Of a DNA stretch of 64,000 nt, positions 41,298-52,317 are shown one piece after another (positions within the stretch are counted from its first letter, which is position 1; the number at the start of each line of letters is the position of its first letter). The stretch lies in NCBI GenBank assembly GCA_965644295.1, contig CBFFRP010000236.1, positions 62,001-126,000 on the forward strand, written 5' to 3'. The notes under the pieces were generated by a model. It saw only the letters and a program-made list of their open reading frames with translations. It was not told the origin of the DNA and made no database searches. This DNA comes from Paraphysomonas bandaiensis. Lineage: Eukaryota; Protista; Chrysophyceae. The position numbers were made by a program, and so were the translations under genes.

Positions 41298-43850
41298 ATG
41301 GATATGTTTGAACCGGAGTGTAACCCTATCAATGACTACTATGAATGTCTTGGAGTTGATGATTATTTATCAGGAAAAGATTTTGGACGTGATAGAGGTG
41401 ATCTCTGTATGTCTTCTATTAAATCTTATCCTCATAATGTATATATATGTATATATATCAGGTCGGAATCCGAATCCGACCGAGTCACAGAGAAAAGCTG
41501 TTGAAAAACTAGCATCAAAACTCTATACAAGACCACCAAAAAATAAAAACACACAGTCTGAAGAAGAACAAGAGGATATTCTAGAATTTGATCTAATGGA
41601 CTCTGTGAGAGTTATTTTGTTTGATGGAAGAGTCTTGAAAAAAAGTACACATCGTATATATCTATAAATTGTTATCTTATCACTAACGTATAGGTCTTAA
41701 CTGTATTGTTAACCATACAAACTCAAGACATATGTTCCTCTTCAACGATATTTTGATAATAACCTCATATCAGAACACATCGTCAAAAAAGATAAGTATA
41801 CTGAAAATGTCAGAGAAGTACGCAATCCACCAAGTGCTAAGCCTAGATCGAATGGCGATACACAGTAAATCTATTGAGGAGCCGGACAACCCTTGCGCGT
41901 TTGATGTACATATGCCCGAGCGAGTATACACAATTATTGCTGAATCTGAGAGTGACAAGCGGATATGGCTGGAAGAGATTGAATTAGCTATATATGTCTG
42001 GCATGCAGGGACCCCGCGAGCTACGGAACCTGGATGGCAGCATGAGGTTGTACTTGGGACTCTATACTCTGACTGTCTACTAGGCAACTATGATGGTGTA
42101 CAAGGCTATTTGGAGGCGATGTCTCAGTCAGATCCTGAGAGTGTAGTGGATATAATTAATACTCCTGATGCCAGTGGTATGAATCCGCTGCATTGGGCCG
42201 CTTTGCGGGGTCACTTTGATGTTATAAAACTTCTTTTGGATTCGGGGTGTGAAGTGGATGCTCTCAATAATGGCCTCAACAGCCCGCTATTGATAGCCGC
42301 TTCTCGTGGACACGACAGTGTGATACGCCTTCTGCTGGATCGTGGGGCAGATGTCACCCTGCGAAATCTCAAGGACCGTGATGTGCTTTTCATGGCGGCT
42401 TTATATGGCCACGTTAGCAAGGGGCTTGGCAACACATTGCAGATGCTCCACTTTCATAATGTGGATTTCGACCAGCTTGATTCGACAGGGTCCGCACCAC
42501 TGCACGAATGTGCTGCTCGAAACCTTTCCCGTCCAGTGCGGCTGCTAGTGATGGCAGGTGCTCATGTCAATACGAAACATGGTAGAACAGGGATGACTCC
42601 GCTGCAGCTTGCGTGTTCTGTGGAAAATCCAGATGTCGAGACTGTACGCTCTTTTCTGGACAATGGAGCTCATCCAAACTGGAAAGATGCATCCGGGAGG
42701 TCGGCGTTCAATATGGTGCTATATGCCCACTCGTCGGTAGTATATGTCACTGTTGCATATAGAGTATATATGTCATACCTGGGTTTTGTAGGATAAGCGA
42801 AAGGGGACTGACGACTGTAATACTGCAAGCGGAGGCACTGCATCAGATGCTATGCAGGAGCGGGTGCAACAATACGGAACTTGGGTGCTACAGGCACTTC
42901 CTGTTTTGCTTGAAATTGTGCGTAAAGGAGGCCGTTACACAGAAGACAGCATTTCTGACCTAAGAGATTCCTTCAGGGTATGAAAATTCAATCTTATATG
43001 CTCGGCCAGACTGTCATATTTACCATACCGAAAACATATACTCATGCTCTCGTAAACTAGGAAGCGATTGATTCCGCCCGACTGGCGTGGCATTCTGCGA
43101 AGGAACCGAGCAATTTTGAAGAGTATATTGCAACACGAGACCCCATGATAAGTCAAATGGTGATATTGTTTTGTTTATTTCTTTATAGATGTAACTTACC
43201 AGTGGTTTAGGACTGGGTAGACAACAATGCATCAGACTACTGTATGCTCTGCGTAGATAAGTTTACATATTCCAATAGACGTCATCATTGCCGTGGCTGT
43301 GGAACACTGTGCTGTGCACCGTGCTCGACCAAGCGACTCCCGTTACAGATTCTGGATAGGAAAGGTTCCAATACTAAAGGTGCAGGAGAGAGAGTTTGTG
43401 ATGGGTGTTTCAACCGGCTGACTAGTGAAGCCGTTGCTCGTAACGTGGCGATGGCGAAAGCAAAGAAAGATCTGTTACTGCAAATGGAGAGTGACAAAGA
43501 AACACAGCACGAGGAGCTCCTAAACGGCTCTGTATCGAAGGCTAACGCGAATGATGCTGATAATGGTGAGAACAAAGTAGACGATGTTAAAGATGCACTA
43601 GGAGCGACGGGTGAGGCGCTAAGGGAAAGAGGCGAAAAGCTCACGACACTAGCTGATAAAAGCGAAAAACTGGATACGGTACGTGCTGGTGGAACTGTGG
43701 AAAATTTGCGTTATAGCGATCTTGTAGGCTGCTGCTGAGTACAACAAGATGGCTAAACAGCTTTTAACCCAGCAACAAGAGAAAGGCCAGATTGCTTCCT
43801 CTTGGCGGAAAAAGAAGTCTTCTTCATTGGGCGGCGGGACCAAGAATTGA
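41298..43850 (+). CDS. PH-ankyrin-FYVE protein with C-terminal soluble R-SNARE (tomosyn/amisyn-like) motif (~733 aa)
   Basis: Introns 41398-41461, 41645-41693, 42737-42791, 42978-43060, 43160-43210 and 43679-43727. PH: RHMFLFNDILII...AESESDKRIWLEEI. Ankyrin: GMNPLHWAALRGH, GLNSPLLIAASRGH, GMTPLQLAC. FYVE: WVD..C..C..RRHHCRGCG..CC..C..RVCDGC. SNARE: GEALRERGEKLTTLADKSEKLDTAAAEY. Confidence 0.9.
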
Positions 43851-44188
43851 TGGAATATGTGTATGTATTTTTACTTTGAGAATGAAGTGCGTGTGAGTTT
43901 GGATTAGTGTCTATGTTTCCTGTACTTTATTACTAATAATTTATATGAAGCTACCCAGGCGCTACGTGCGTTATGTGGTTGATAATATATGTTTATTGGT
44001 AGAAGCTCCACAGGAACTTATCAAAGTTTGTCGTTTTATGACAAGTGTTAACTTAACAACAGAAGCTAAACTTATACTTAATGCTGAGTTTTATAATTAT
44101 AATCAGTATCTCTTATCATTCATCTCTACTACCACTCATTTCTCGTACGATCTTACTTTGTCACTATATTCCGTTTAAATACAATAAT

Positions 44189-44617
44189 TAGTGAATGTCT
44201 GATTATTAGCGAGTGATCTAACTAGTGCTTAACTCTGATACCTTACTATTAGGCGCTACGAAAGCTTCGTGTGCGATACCGCAAGCACCAAGGTACAACC
44301 ACTTTCGCTCAGGGCCTGGTAACCGTTAACCGTTAATGGCCCATTAATGGTAGTCCAGTTCCCGGCAATTATAAAATAATGGCATTACCATTAATGGCAT
44401 TAAAATGCCATTACCATTAACGGTTACCAGACCCTGCTTTCGCTCCCTGTCCTTGAGGTGAACTATAGCCCGGATTCTTGACTTCAGCAGTCAACCCAAT
44501 AATACCCTGGGAATGCCCGTGAGGTGGGCCCATTCCCGGATGCCTGTTTACTTTCGTCAAGGCCCAAAGGTGCCTGCACAAGTGACACTTATTTGTGTCC
44601 CTTGCACCACACAAGCA
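44189..44617. repeat. Dispersed non-coding repeat, copy 2 (module A direct, module B inverted, interrupted by a MITE)
   Basis: 44189-44266 is similar to 16806-16918. The reverse complement of 44438-44543 (GCATCCGGGAATGGGCCCACCTCA...AGTTCACCTCAAGGACAGGGAGCGAAA) is similar to 16931-17028. CACACAAGCA at 44608-44617 is the reverse complement of TGCTTGTGTG at 16917-16926. Confidence 0.8.
44310..44436. mobile_element. 127-bp hAT-type MITE
   Basis: 20-bp TIRs CAGGGCCTGGTAACCGTTAA / TTAACGGTTACCAGACCCTG (19/20 match). Perfect 8-bp target-site duplication CTTTCGCT at 44302-44309 and 44437-44444. Internal AATGG/CCATT subterminal repeats. Confidence 0.9.
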
Positions 44618-45607
44618 TTAGGCTATGAGTGGGCAGAACAGTATATCTACTGACTGCTGACTGTATATGCGGCTACCGTTAGTTTCCCGGAGAATATCTC
44701 CGGTACTTATCCCCCAGAACCCAGAACACCACGAAAAGGTGCAAGTCCGACTTTATTCTCATAGTACGGTTAACCACAACTGTAAAATAAATTCTTTATA
44801 ACTACATCTTTCAATTGCTTTCTTAAAGCAGAACTCGACATAATTGATAAGATTCACTGTTCTATGGAGTCATTGTAATCAGTGTGCATACATTTCATCT
44901 CCACGTTTTGAACCATTGCCACGAAACGTGTATTCTGTTTCGGCCAACTTTAATGTTTTAAAATGACATACAAACAATGAATCGAAAATGGTGACTGACT
45001 TCTGACTTGGTTTTCAGAAACAGAAATACTCTTAAATAGCAAAATGTTTAGTATTCGGTTTATCATTTTATTCATATAATATTAGCACTCAGAGTCCTCT
45101 TTTTACAAGTGTGTGTGTGAATTTCACAGCATGCTGTTCCCATCATACTTCGCGCTTACTACAAGCTTGACGAAAAGCAACACTCTAACTAGCTACATCG
45201 CTATTTTGTATAACCATAAGTATGAGTACTAGTGAACACGTGCTTCAAATAAAGCCATGTACTGCTGCTTTTATAAGTATCTCCATGAGGTGCTTAGTAA
45301 TATGATTGATTGTTGTGCAGCTTTTAGCTCAAGAGGAATTCTCCAGCAATTTCTTATGACTGTGACAACTTCGAACTTGATCTCAATACTTAGGGCAGTA
45401 ACAGTTCGCCAGCTATATATGATGTCGTATGTAGTAAAAACGTTTCATTTAGACATATATCACTGTACAATGTTCGTAAAACACCAACTCATATATGGGC
45501 ATAGTGGTGTGGGTTGTTTAGCACCTCGTGTTTCTCACGGGTTTATAAAACATACCCACGAAATTAAAATATAACTGATGATTCACAACGTCCAAAATAA
45601 ATGACAA

Positions 45608-48273
45608 CTAAAGCGCAGCTGAGGCACTTTCAATATGAGAGTTGAATACATTCGCGAGGTGTTCAGCAGAGCATCTCTCATCAACATCGTATGTCCATCC
45701 AGAGTTAATCTACACCCGCAATATCACAGTGAGTATGGATACGAATAGCGGTCAAGAAAGCACTCACCGCATCTCGAAGAATGTCGTCTAAATGGGAGGG
45801 TAGCTTTGGGCGAAGATTATTCTTCAACGCGTCCACGAAGGCTTCTACTGTAAGCGCACGATAGTACTGCGTATCAAATGGAATCTCTCCTGTTAATATC
45901 TCTCCAGCAACTACAGCAAGGGACCACACATCCGCGAGCTCACTGACGTCGTTTCCATTGTCCAATAAGATCTCTGGTGCAGACCAGTTTATATTCCTAT
46001 CAATATTGATTATATTTAGATCACAATATCAAGGATTTGCACGATCCTACTTGGGCATTGAAATTCTATCAGCTTTAGTCATTCCTCCTTTAAAAGGACG
46101 GGCCTCTCCGAGGTCAGCCAGTTTGACCTTAAAATCCGTAGTCACCAAAAAGTTGAGGGACTTGATATCGCAATGCATCATTCCCTTCGAATGCAAGAAG
46201 GCCACTCCAGCACAGCAATCTCGGACCATCCCAAGGCGCAAAGCAATTGGAAGGTAGTGACCTAACGACTGCCGGCTAGGGTCTCCGCATGCTAAGAGTG
46301 AACCAGCGGTATTTGAAGGTGATGCCGGCCTACTTGATGCACTACATCCAGCAAATAATCAGTACATCCAACATAATATTTAAAAGTCATTGACATTTTA
46401 CTATTCTTGCTACCAACCTTTTACTTATAGACCTAGGATCTTCTAGTGGAATAGCGTCCGAAGGCCCCAGGCCGAAACCCATAAGTCTGCTTTGCATCAC
46501 AGTCGCAGCAGATTTCAAACGCTTAACTACTCTAAATGCTGTTCCCTCGTCTCCCTCGCCATCCGTCTCCTCGTCATTAGATAATGCGAATGCACTCGAA
46601 TCTAACTCACCCACTTCATTGGTCTTGCTGCTGTCAACCACGATTTCTCTGTTATGAGTACAACTTTTCCCATTTCCCTGACATGAATCTACGTTATCTT
46701 TTCCCTCCTCCATTTTCAGGAGTAATTCAGGCGTTCTATCCTGGTCAAACAGGACAGGTTCTTCATCCACGGAGGACACAGTCGATGCTCGGGAGTGATT
46801 CGACATGCGAATATTGAAACTAGTCCGCATCGTATGGGATTTCTTCTTGTTGGACTTCGTTGACACCGATGACAAGCGTCCTATCGAGCTATCTCGAATT
46901 ATGAACTCAGATGTGTGAAGCAGGTCGTAGAGCGAACCGCGGTGACACCATTCAGTGACCTGAATTACTGCCATGAGTACAGTACCATTTTCACAAACTG
47001 TATCCACCGTACCAAACATATTGCCGGGGGCATGACAGCTACGCCGTAACATGTGACGACGTTCGGATGCTGCAAGGCATGCAACATACTGGCCTCATTG
47101 CAAAATGATACCACCCTCTCAGGGGTTAGCTCGATGCAGAACAATATTTTCACGGCCACCTTTGAACACATATGTTGGCGAATATTCATTTAATAACAAC
47201 TACTTACTTCATCTTGTCTATGCACGCCTTTGTATACCCTGGCGGAACCACCAGAAAAATATCCACTGTGCACCTTAATCAGTCCAATTAGCTGTCACAT
47301 CGTTCTATTCTGTACCTGGTGTCGATCTTGAGGACAGCGAAAGGAATTACTGGCACTACATGGCTTTCTAGAGACGCCAAGGATTCAGCAACGACCCCAA
47401 TTGTCTCACGTCCTAGCTCCCACATGCCCAGTAGCGGTTGATTGAGATTTGAAACAGATGTTGTGTCCACACCCCCTGGACTATAGAGCCCTTAAGAGTG
47501 CAGGTTAGAAAAATTCAGAGTGAAAATACTTCCCTACCTTGCCAAAACTGGGAGTCCTTTTGCATGGCATAAAATATAACTAGTGGTTGCAAAAGATCCG
47601 CAAATGCAATGATTAATTCAACCAAGCAGGACGCCCTCAAGTCCGATCGGTAATACAGAACAATATGTGCAACGGCAAATAACAACAGACCAATGGCAAA
47701 GAATCTCGATAAAACAACTAATGCCGGTCGCCGGTGCACAAATTCGGCCGGGGCAAGCCACATTACAAAATAAAAGCAATCAAGTACAAGTATAAGCACA
47801 GTAGATCCAACTAGATAATGGGCCCAACCCTGTGTAGCGTATAGTACTAATGGGACAATAGTCGATAGAACAGCCCATGATGTACCGACTAAAACTGATC
47901 GACGAAACACTTTTACACCCACACCATTATGCATTAAAAATATAGCTAATGTTTCAGAACATAATCGATATAATCCCCATTTAATACACATCATATATAC
48001 TTTAGCGTTATAATATCCTAACATATCATCTATACATACGAGAATCCCCACTACAACTAGATACACTACTGCTATATAATATATAGGGATCACTAGTATA
48101 TTAGAAGCTGTACGATCACCATGACTGGCTAAGTAACGACTACGTTTAAGCATACCAATAAGAAATATTTGTACAGATAATACTAATATACCGGATAAGA
48201 GATATATAATAGGGATAGAGAGGATAGTGAGACCATGAGAACATGCATCAGTGTTATCTGTGTATTGTGTCAT
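45608..48273 (-). CDS. 7TM (GPCR-like)-TKL protein kinase fusion (~759 aa)
   Basis: Eight exons; introns 47491-47537, 47266-47315, 47160-47207, 46960-47012, 46342-46417 (least certain), 45997-46050 and 45710-45767. Exon 1 has seven hydrophobic helices ending QKDSQFWQG. Kinase motifs GGSARVY, VAVK, E(alphaC), HPNVV, HCDIKSLN, DLG, WSAPE, DVWS. Confidence 0.88.
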
Positions 48274-48502
48274 GTGATGATATGTATGAGAGATATAGAG
48301 GGGTGTGTTAGGTGTGTGTGGAGTGGTAATGGAGTGTATCTTATGGGTGGATGTTTAAGGGAGTGTTGACGGCTGTGGGATGTGGAGATATACACACTGC
48401 TGTATGTATACATCTGGAGTACATACATATGTACCTGCCTACCTACCTACATATACATACATATACCTACAGTGTACCTACCTACCTACCTACCTACCTA
48501 TA

Positions 48503-48692
48503 TACATACATACATACATACATACATACATACATACATACATACATACATACATACATACATACATACATACATACATACATACATACATACATACATA
48601 CATACATACATACATACATACATACCTACATACATACATACATACATACATACATACATACATACATACATACATACATACATACATACATA
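48503..48692. repeat. (TACA)n microsatellite, ~47 units, preceded by short (TACC)n
   Basis: Read directly from the sequence; one TACC interruption near 48623. It produces spurious YIHT/MYVC ORFs. Confidence 0.98.
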
Positions 48693-50076
48693 ATACATAC
48701 ATATGTACCTGCATACATACAAACATGTACTGCTGTACATACATCTGTCTGCTGCACTATGTATACATATAGTTCTGAATTTCCTGCAAAAAAAATTGTC
48801 CTGATTTCCAAACCCCCTTTTCCCTGTTTTACCCTAAAAAAAGGGTACGTAAGTAAAAAAGGTAAGGTTTTGGAGACTTTATTTTGTATCAAAATTCACT
48901 TTCTTAAAATCTTTCTTATCATCTCTGAATCCTTGAAGGTGTTCACTTAAAGTACCCCCACGAGGACGCTTTTACTAAGTGTATATATTTGCAATATGGT
49001 TGTTTAGAATAATTTGGATGTGAAATGTTTGTTAGCAAATTCTTCAATATCCATTGTTTCATGTTTGGATGTAGTTTATTGATATCGTGTTATAAATTAT
49101 GTCCACCTAATTTTTTGTTTTATATAAATCACATATAGTTCATATGATAAATGAGAAATTTTATAATCAGCATATTTGGTGATAGTTGATTGTTGGTGAT
49201 TCATGTAACTGTTCATTTTAATACTAGCTATAATAATGATTTCTGTGGTGGTATACCCCTTACCATGGCGACATTGTTAAGCTAGTACTAAGAGTATTGT
49301 TCGTGCTTGTAGTTGTGATAAACAAGGTCACAAGCAAGCGAGGTTGTTATATATGTGATTTCTTACACAAAAGCACTGGGACTATAAGCTGAAGCCGGAA
49401 TCTTTTAGCGAATATTTGTTTATATTTTAAAATATAACGCTTCTTGAGTTCACTTTAATAAATAATTTCTTTTCACCTTCACGTTTTCAATCATGCCTTC
49501 TCTCTTACATATCACTAAGCTATCTCTATTAATTCTAAATTGTGGTGGTATACACAATAGCTAGGAGAACAACTAATGACGATAGCAAATTATTGCTTGA
49601 GTGCATCGTCGTCACACTCACTGGCGGTGGACCGAATAGTCGATCCGACAAGTCGACAAATAGCCCATCTTATTATTTTTAAGTGTTCTTGATTGTTCTG
49701 TATCACACCCTATTATCGCTTCCTGTATTACCTACTACCTACAAACAATTACAGAAGCATAGGCCTAATTGAGTAAATTAATTAGTAAGTAGTATTTATT
49801 GTTATCAATTAATTCTTGGCAGACGATAGAAATTATGTGATCAATAAGGTGGAGTGCAGAGATTCATGTGAATACCAAGGGCACATCTTAACAGGAGAAC
49901 ATATGTTAAATACTTTTTCACAGCATTCCGCCATAACTGTGTAATTATGTCCAACATAACACAAGCAGATTCGATTTCAACATTACACTTTCTACTACTG
50001 TAGTCTCGCCTTCTTGTTTTCGGGTGACGGCTCAACCAAATCTGCCTTCGCTGAGGTATAGATTGTATCCGCTCCG

Positions 50077-50781
50077 CTACCCGCAGTGTTGTCTGTTCTG
50101 TGGCGTGTCCCTACTTTCATGCTCAATTTTCGTCTCTCCCTGGCATGGGCAATTGGCATCAGCACCACCTATAGTGCTTCCAGTGTCGGCAGGGGCGGAG
50201 TCTGTTGTCGATGTGTCTGTGGTGTTTGTGTCGTCTTCTTGCACCGGGGTAGAGGTAGGAGTTGGTGCAGGAGCAGAGTCATTAGGAGGGGCAGCTGCAG
50301 CCATACGAGCTAGTTGCTCCGGGGCAGCATACTTGGGTGTACCATAGAACACAAGAGGACTGTTGTCGTGTTGTTCAGTCCCATATACTTTAATACCGAA
50401 CTGCCTCAGCAAATCAGACGCCTCCCCCTCATTCATATTAAACAGTGACGTCAATAGGCCTAAGTGTGACGGCAATAAGAAGTAGTTAATCTCATCCGAT
50501 CTATCCAGAAAGTTGTAATTGTCCATTCTTGAAGGCACCAGGGAATACTTCACATCTTTCCCCACATTGAGCGAGGCAAATCTGCTGAGCCGATTACCAT
50601 CCAATCTCCCCAACATGGCCTTCTTAACCACTTTACCATTCTGAAATCTCATGATTGTGGGGTTCTTCTTCTCAGTGAAGAACACATATCTCTGTACCTC
50701 CACCTCTTCTGCTTCCTCAAGCTCAGGCTCTTCACGGGTAGTGACTTGAGTTACTGGATCATGCTCTGTGAGTTGTACCAT
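50077..50781 (-). CDS. Hypothetical intronless protein (234 aa) with globular core and P/T/D-rich tail
   Basis: ATG-started ORF with coding-like composition inside AT-rich flanks. TACA/CA-rich upstream tract like the other genes. No family recognised. Confidence 0.65.
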   Translation of the reverse strand: MVQLTEHDPVTQVTTREEPELEEAEEVEVQRYVFFTEKKNPTIMRFQNGKVVKKAMLGRLDGNRLSRFASLNVGKDVKYSLVPSRMDNYNFLDRSDEINYFLLPSHLGLLTSLFNMNEGEASDLLRQFGIKVYGTEQHDNSPLVFYGTPKYAAPEQLARMAAAAPPNDSAPAPTPTSTPVQEDDTNTTDTSTTDSAPADTGSTIGGADANCPCQGETKIEHESRDTPQNRQHCG

Positions 50782-51440
50782 TGAGAACTAGTGAGTGTAG
50801 TGCAGTGCAGTGAAGTCTTGTGAGTGTATGAAGCAGTATCAGTTAGTGACAGTACTTCATATATAGAGAGAGACAAGGAGTGTAAAGAATAAGGCCAGAA
50901 GGAGCAGAGAAGAGCAGTGAGGACAGCACAGCATTGTGAGGGTATATGTATGTATGTATATGTATGTGTGTTGGGAGATTTTTCTCCAGTTCCGTAAAAA
51001 AAAATCTTTGACACACTACAACTCCACATCCCACAAACACCATAAATTACTTGCATATAGGCACATATACACATCAACTCAACTTCCCATAAACACACAC
51101 CACATCGTGTGCTCATACAATGAATGACAGCCAATGAATTTGCAACTATACACTCTATATAAGAAATTTCGGGACAAGTTCTAGAGTGTGTGTGTTTTTT
51201 GATCGCATCTTGTCCAACCGCGCGTATAAGCATCCTTTGTATATTTTTGTTCAAATATGTCTCTAATATTGAGACAACAATTATCTGTATTCCAGCCGTA
51301 TTTATATTGCAGTAATATAGAGAATATTTGCTTCAATTTATTTCCGAAAAAGATGCGAAATGTCTTTAACACTTTCATCTCATTCATCACAGATGTATGT
51401 ATTTACTTAATCAGTCATTGCATTACCTCTAAGATCAAAG

Positions 51441-51875
51441 ATGACTACCCTTCTCTGTCACTTCTACCCGAAGGGCACTTGTAAGAGAGGCAATGACTGC
51501 CGATTCAGACAGATTCATATCAATGCAAACTCACACACATATAAGCCTAGACGTACCGAGATACGTGCTTGCCGTTTCTTTGCAAAAGGCTATTGTCGTA
51601 ATGGCAATGATTGCAGGTTTACTCATGACAATAGTCATGTTTTTGAACCCGAAATTGGTAAGCTCTATATGTCCAGCGAATTAAAGGCGAGAGGTGTGCC
51701 ATTGCCATATAGGTGTCCGTGTGGGAAGAAGATTGATCCGGAGAAATTTGATATGGAGATCTCTCTGCTGTATTGTGGCGAGTGGGCATGTAATTACGAT
51801 TGTAGAGCGAATTATGTCTACAGTGACGATGGTGAAATAAGACGAGTGTGCGGAACTTGCAGTGTTTGTTATTGA
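51441..51875 (+). CDS. Tandem CCCH zinc-finger protein with additional Cys-rich C-terminus (144 aa), possibly truncated
   Basis: CHFYPKGTCKRGNDCRFRQ (H replaced by Q) and CRFFAKGYCRNGNDCRFTH (C-x7-C-x5-C-x3-H). C-terminal CPC...C...C...C...CxxC. Confidence 0.7.
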   Translation: MTTLLCHFYPKGTCKRGNDCRFRQIHINANSHTYKPRRTEIRACRFFAKGYCRNGNDCRFTHDNSHVFEPEIGKLYMSSELKARGVPLPYRCPCGKKIDPEKFDMEISLLYCGEWACNYDCRANYVYSDDGEIRRVCGTCSVCY

Positions 51876-52317
51876 AGGCACTTCTATCATCAGATACTAC
51901 AGAGCATAATTATTCCCTAAATCTTTGAGGAAAGGAGAGCCAGGATTGTGCCATTGCCGTTTAAAGTAATACCATTACTGCGGGCGCTGTAACTTGTATT
52001 TCCAATTATAGTCGGCCGAGGTGGTTTTTTCACTATTACTTTTTAGCCCTAAATATTGTTGCGTGGACTTATGCAAATTAGAAGATATTACACTATAACT
52101 ATACCATGGGCAGCTTTGCCATTGTGAATACTACTGAGAAGTACAAAGCAATAATAATTGGTCATCAAAAATGATATAGATCACTTTGGTAAACCGGTAT
52201 ATCTACATAGTCAGATCGAGGGGGAGATTTGAGTTTAATAATCAATCTACCTAGTAGTGGCAAGGCAATCTATCAGCTAAGAGTAGTTGATGATAGCTAT
52301 TAAGGATAGATAACTGC

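Noticed and set aside
48351-48950. ORFs of 80-199 aa with YIHT/MYVC repeats
   Set aside because: They are translations of the (TACA)n microsatellite, not proteins.
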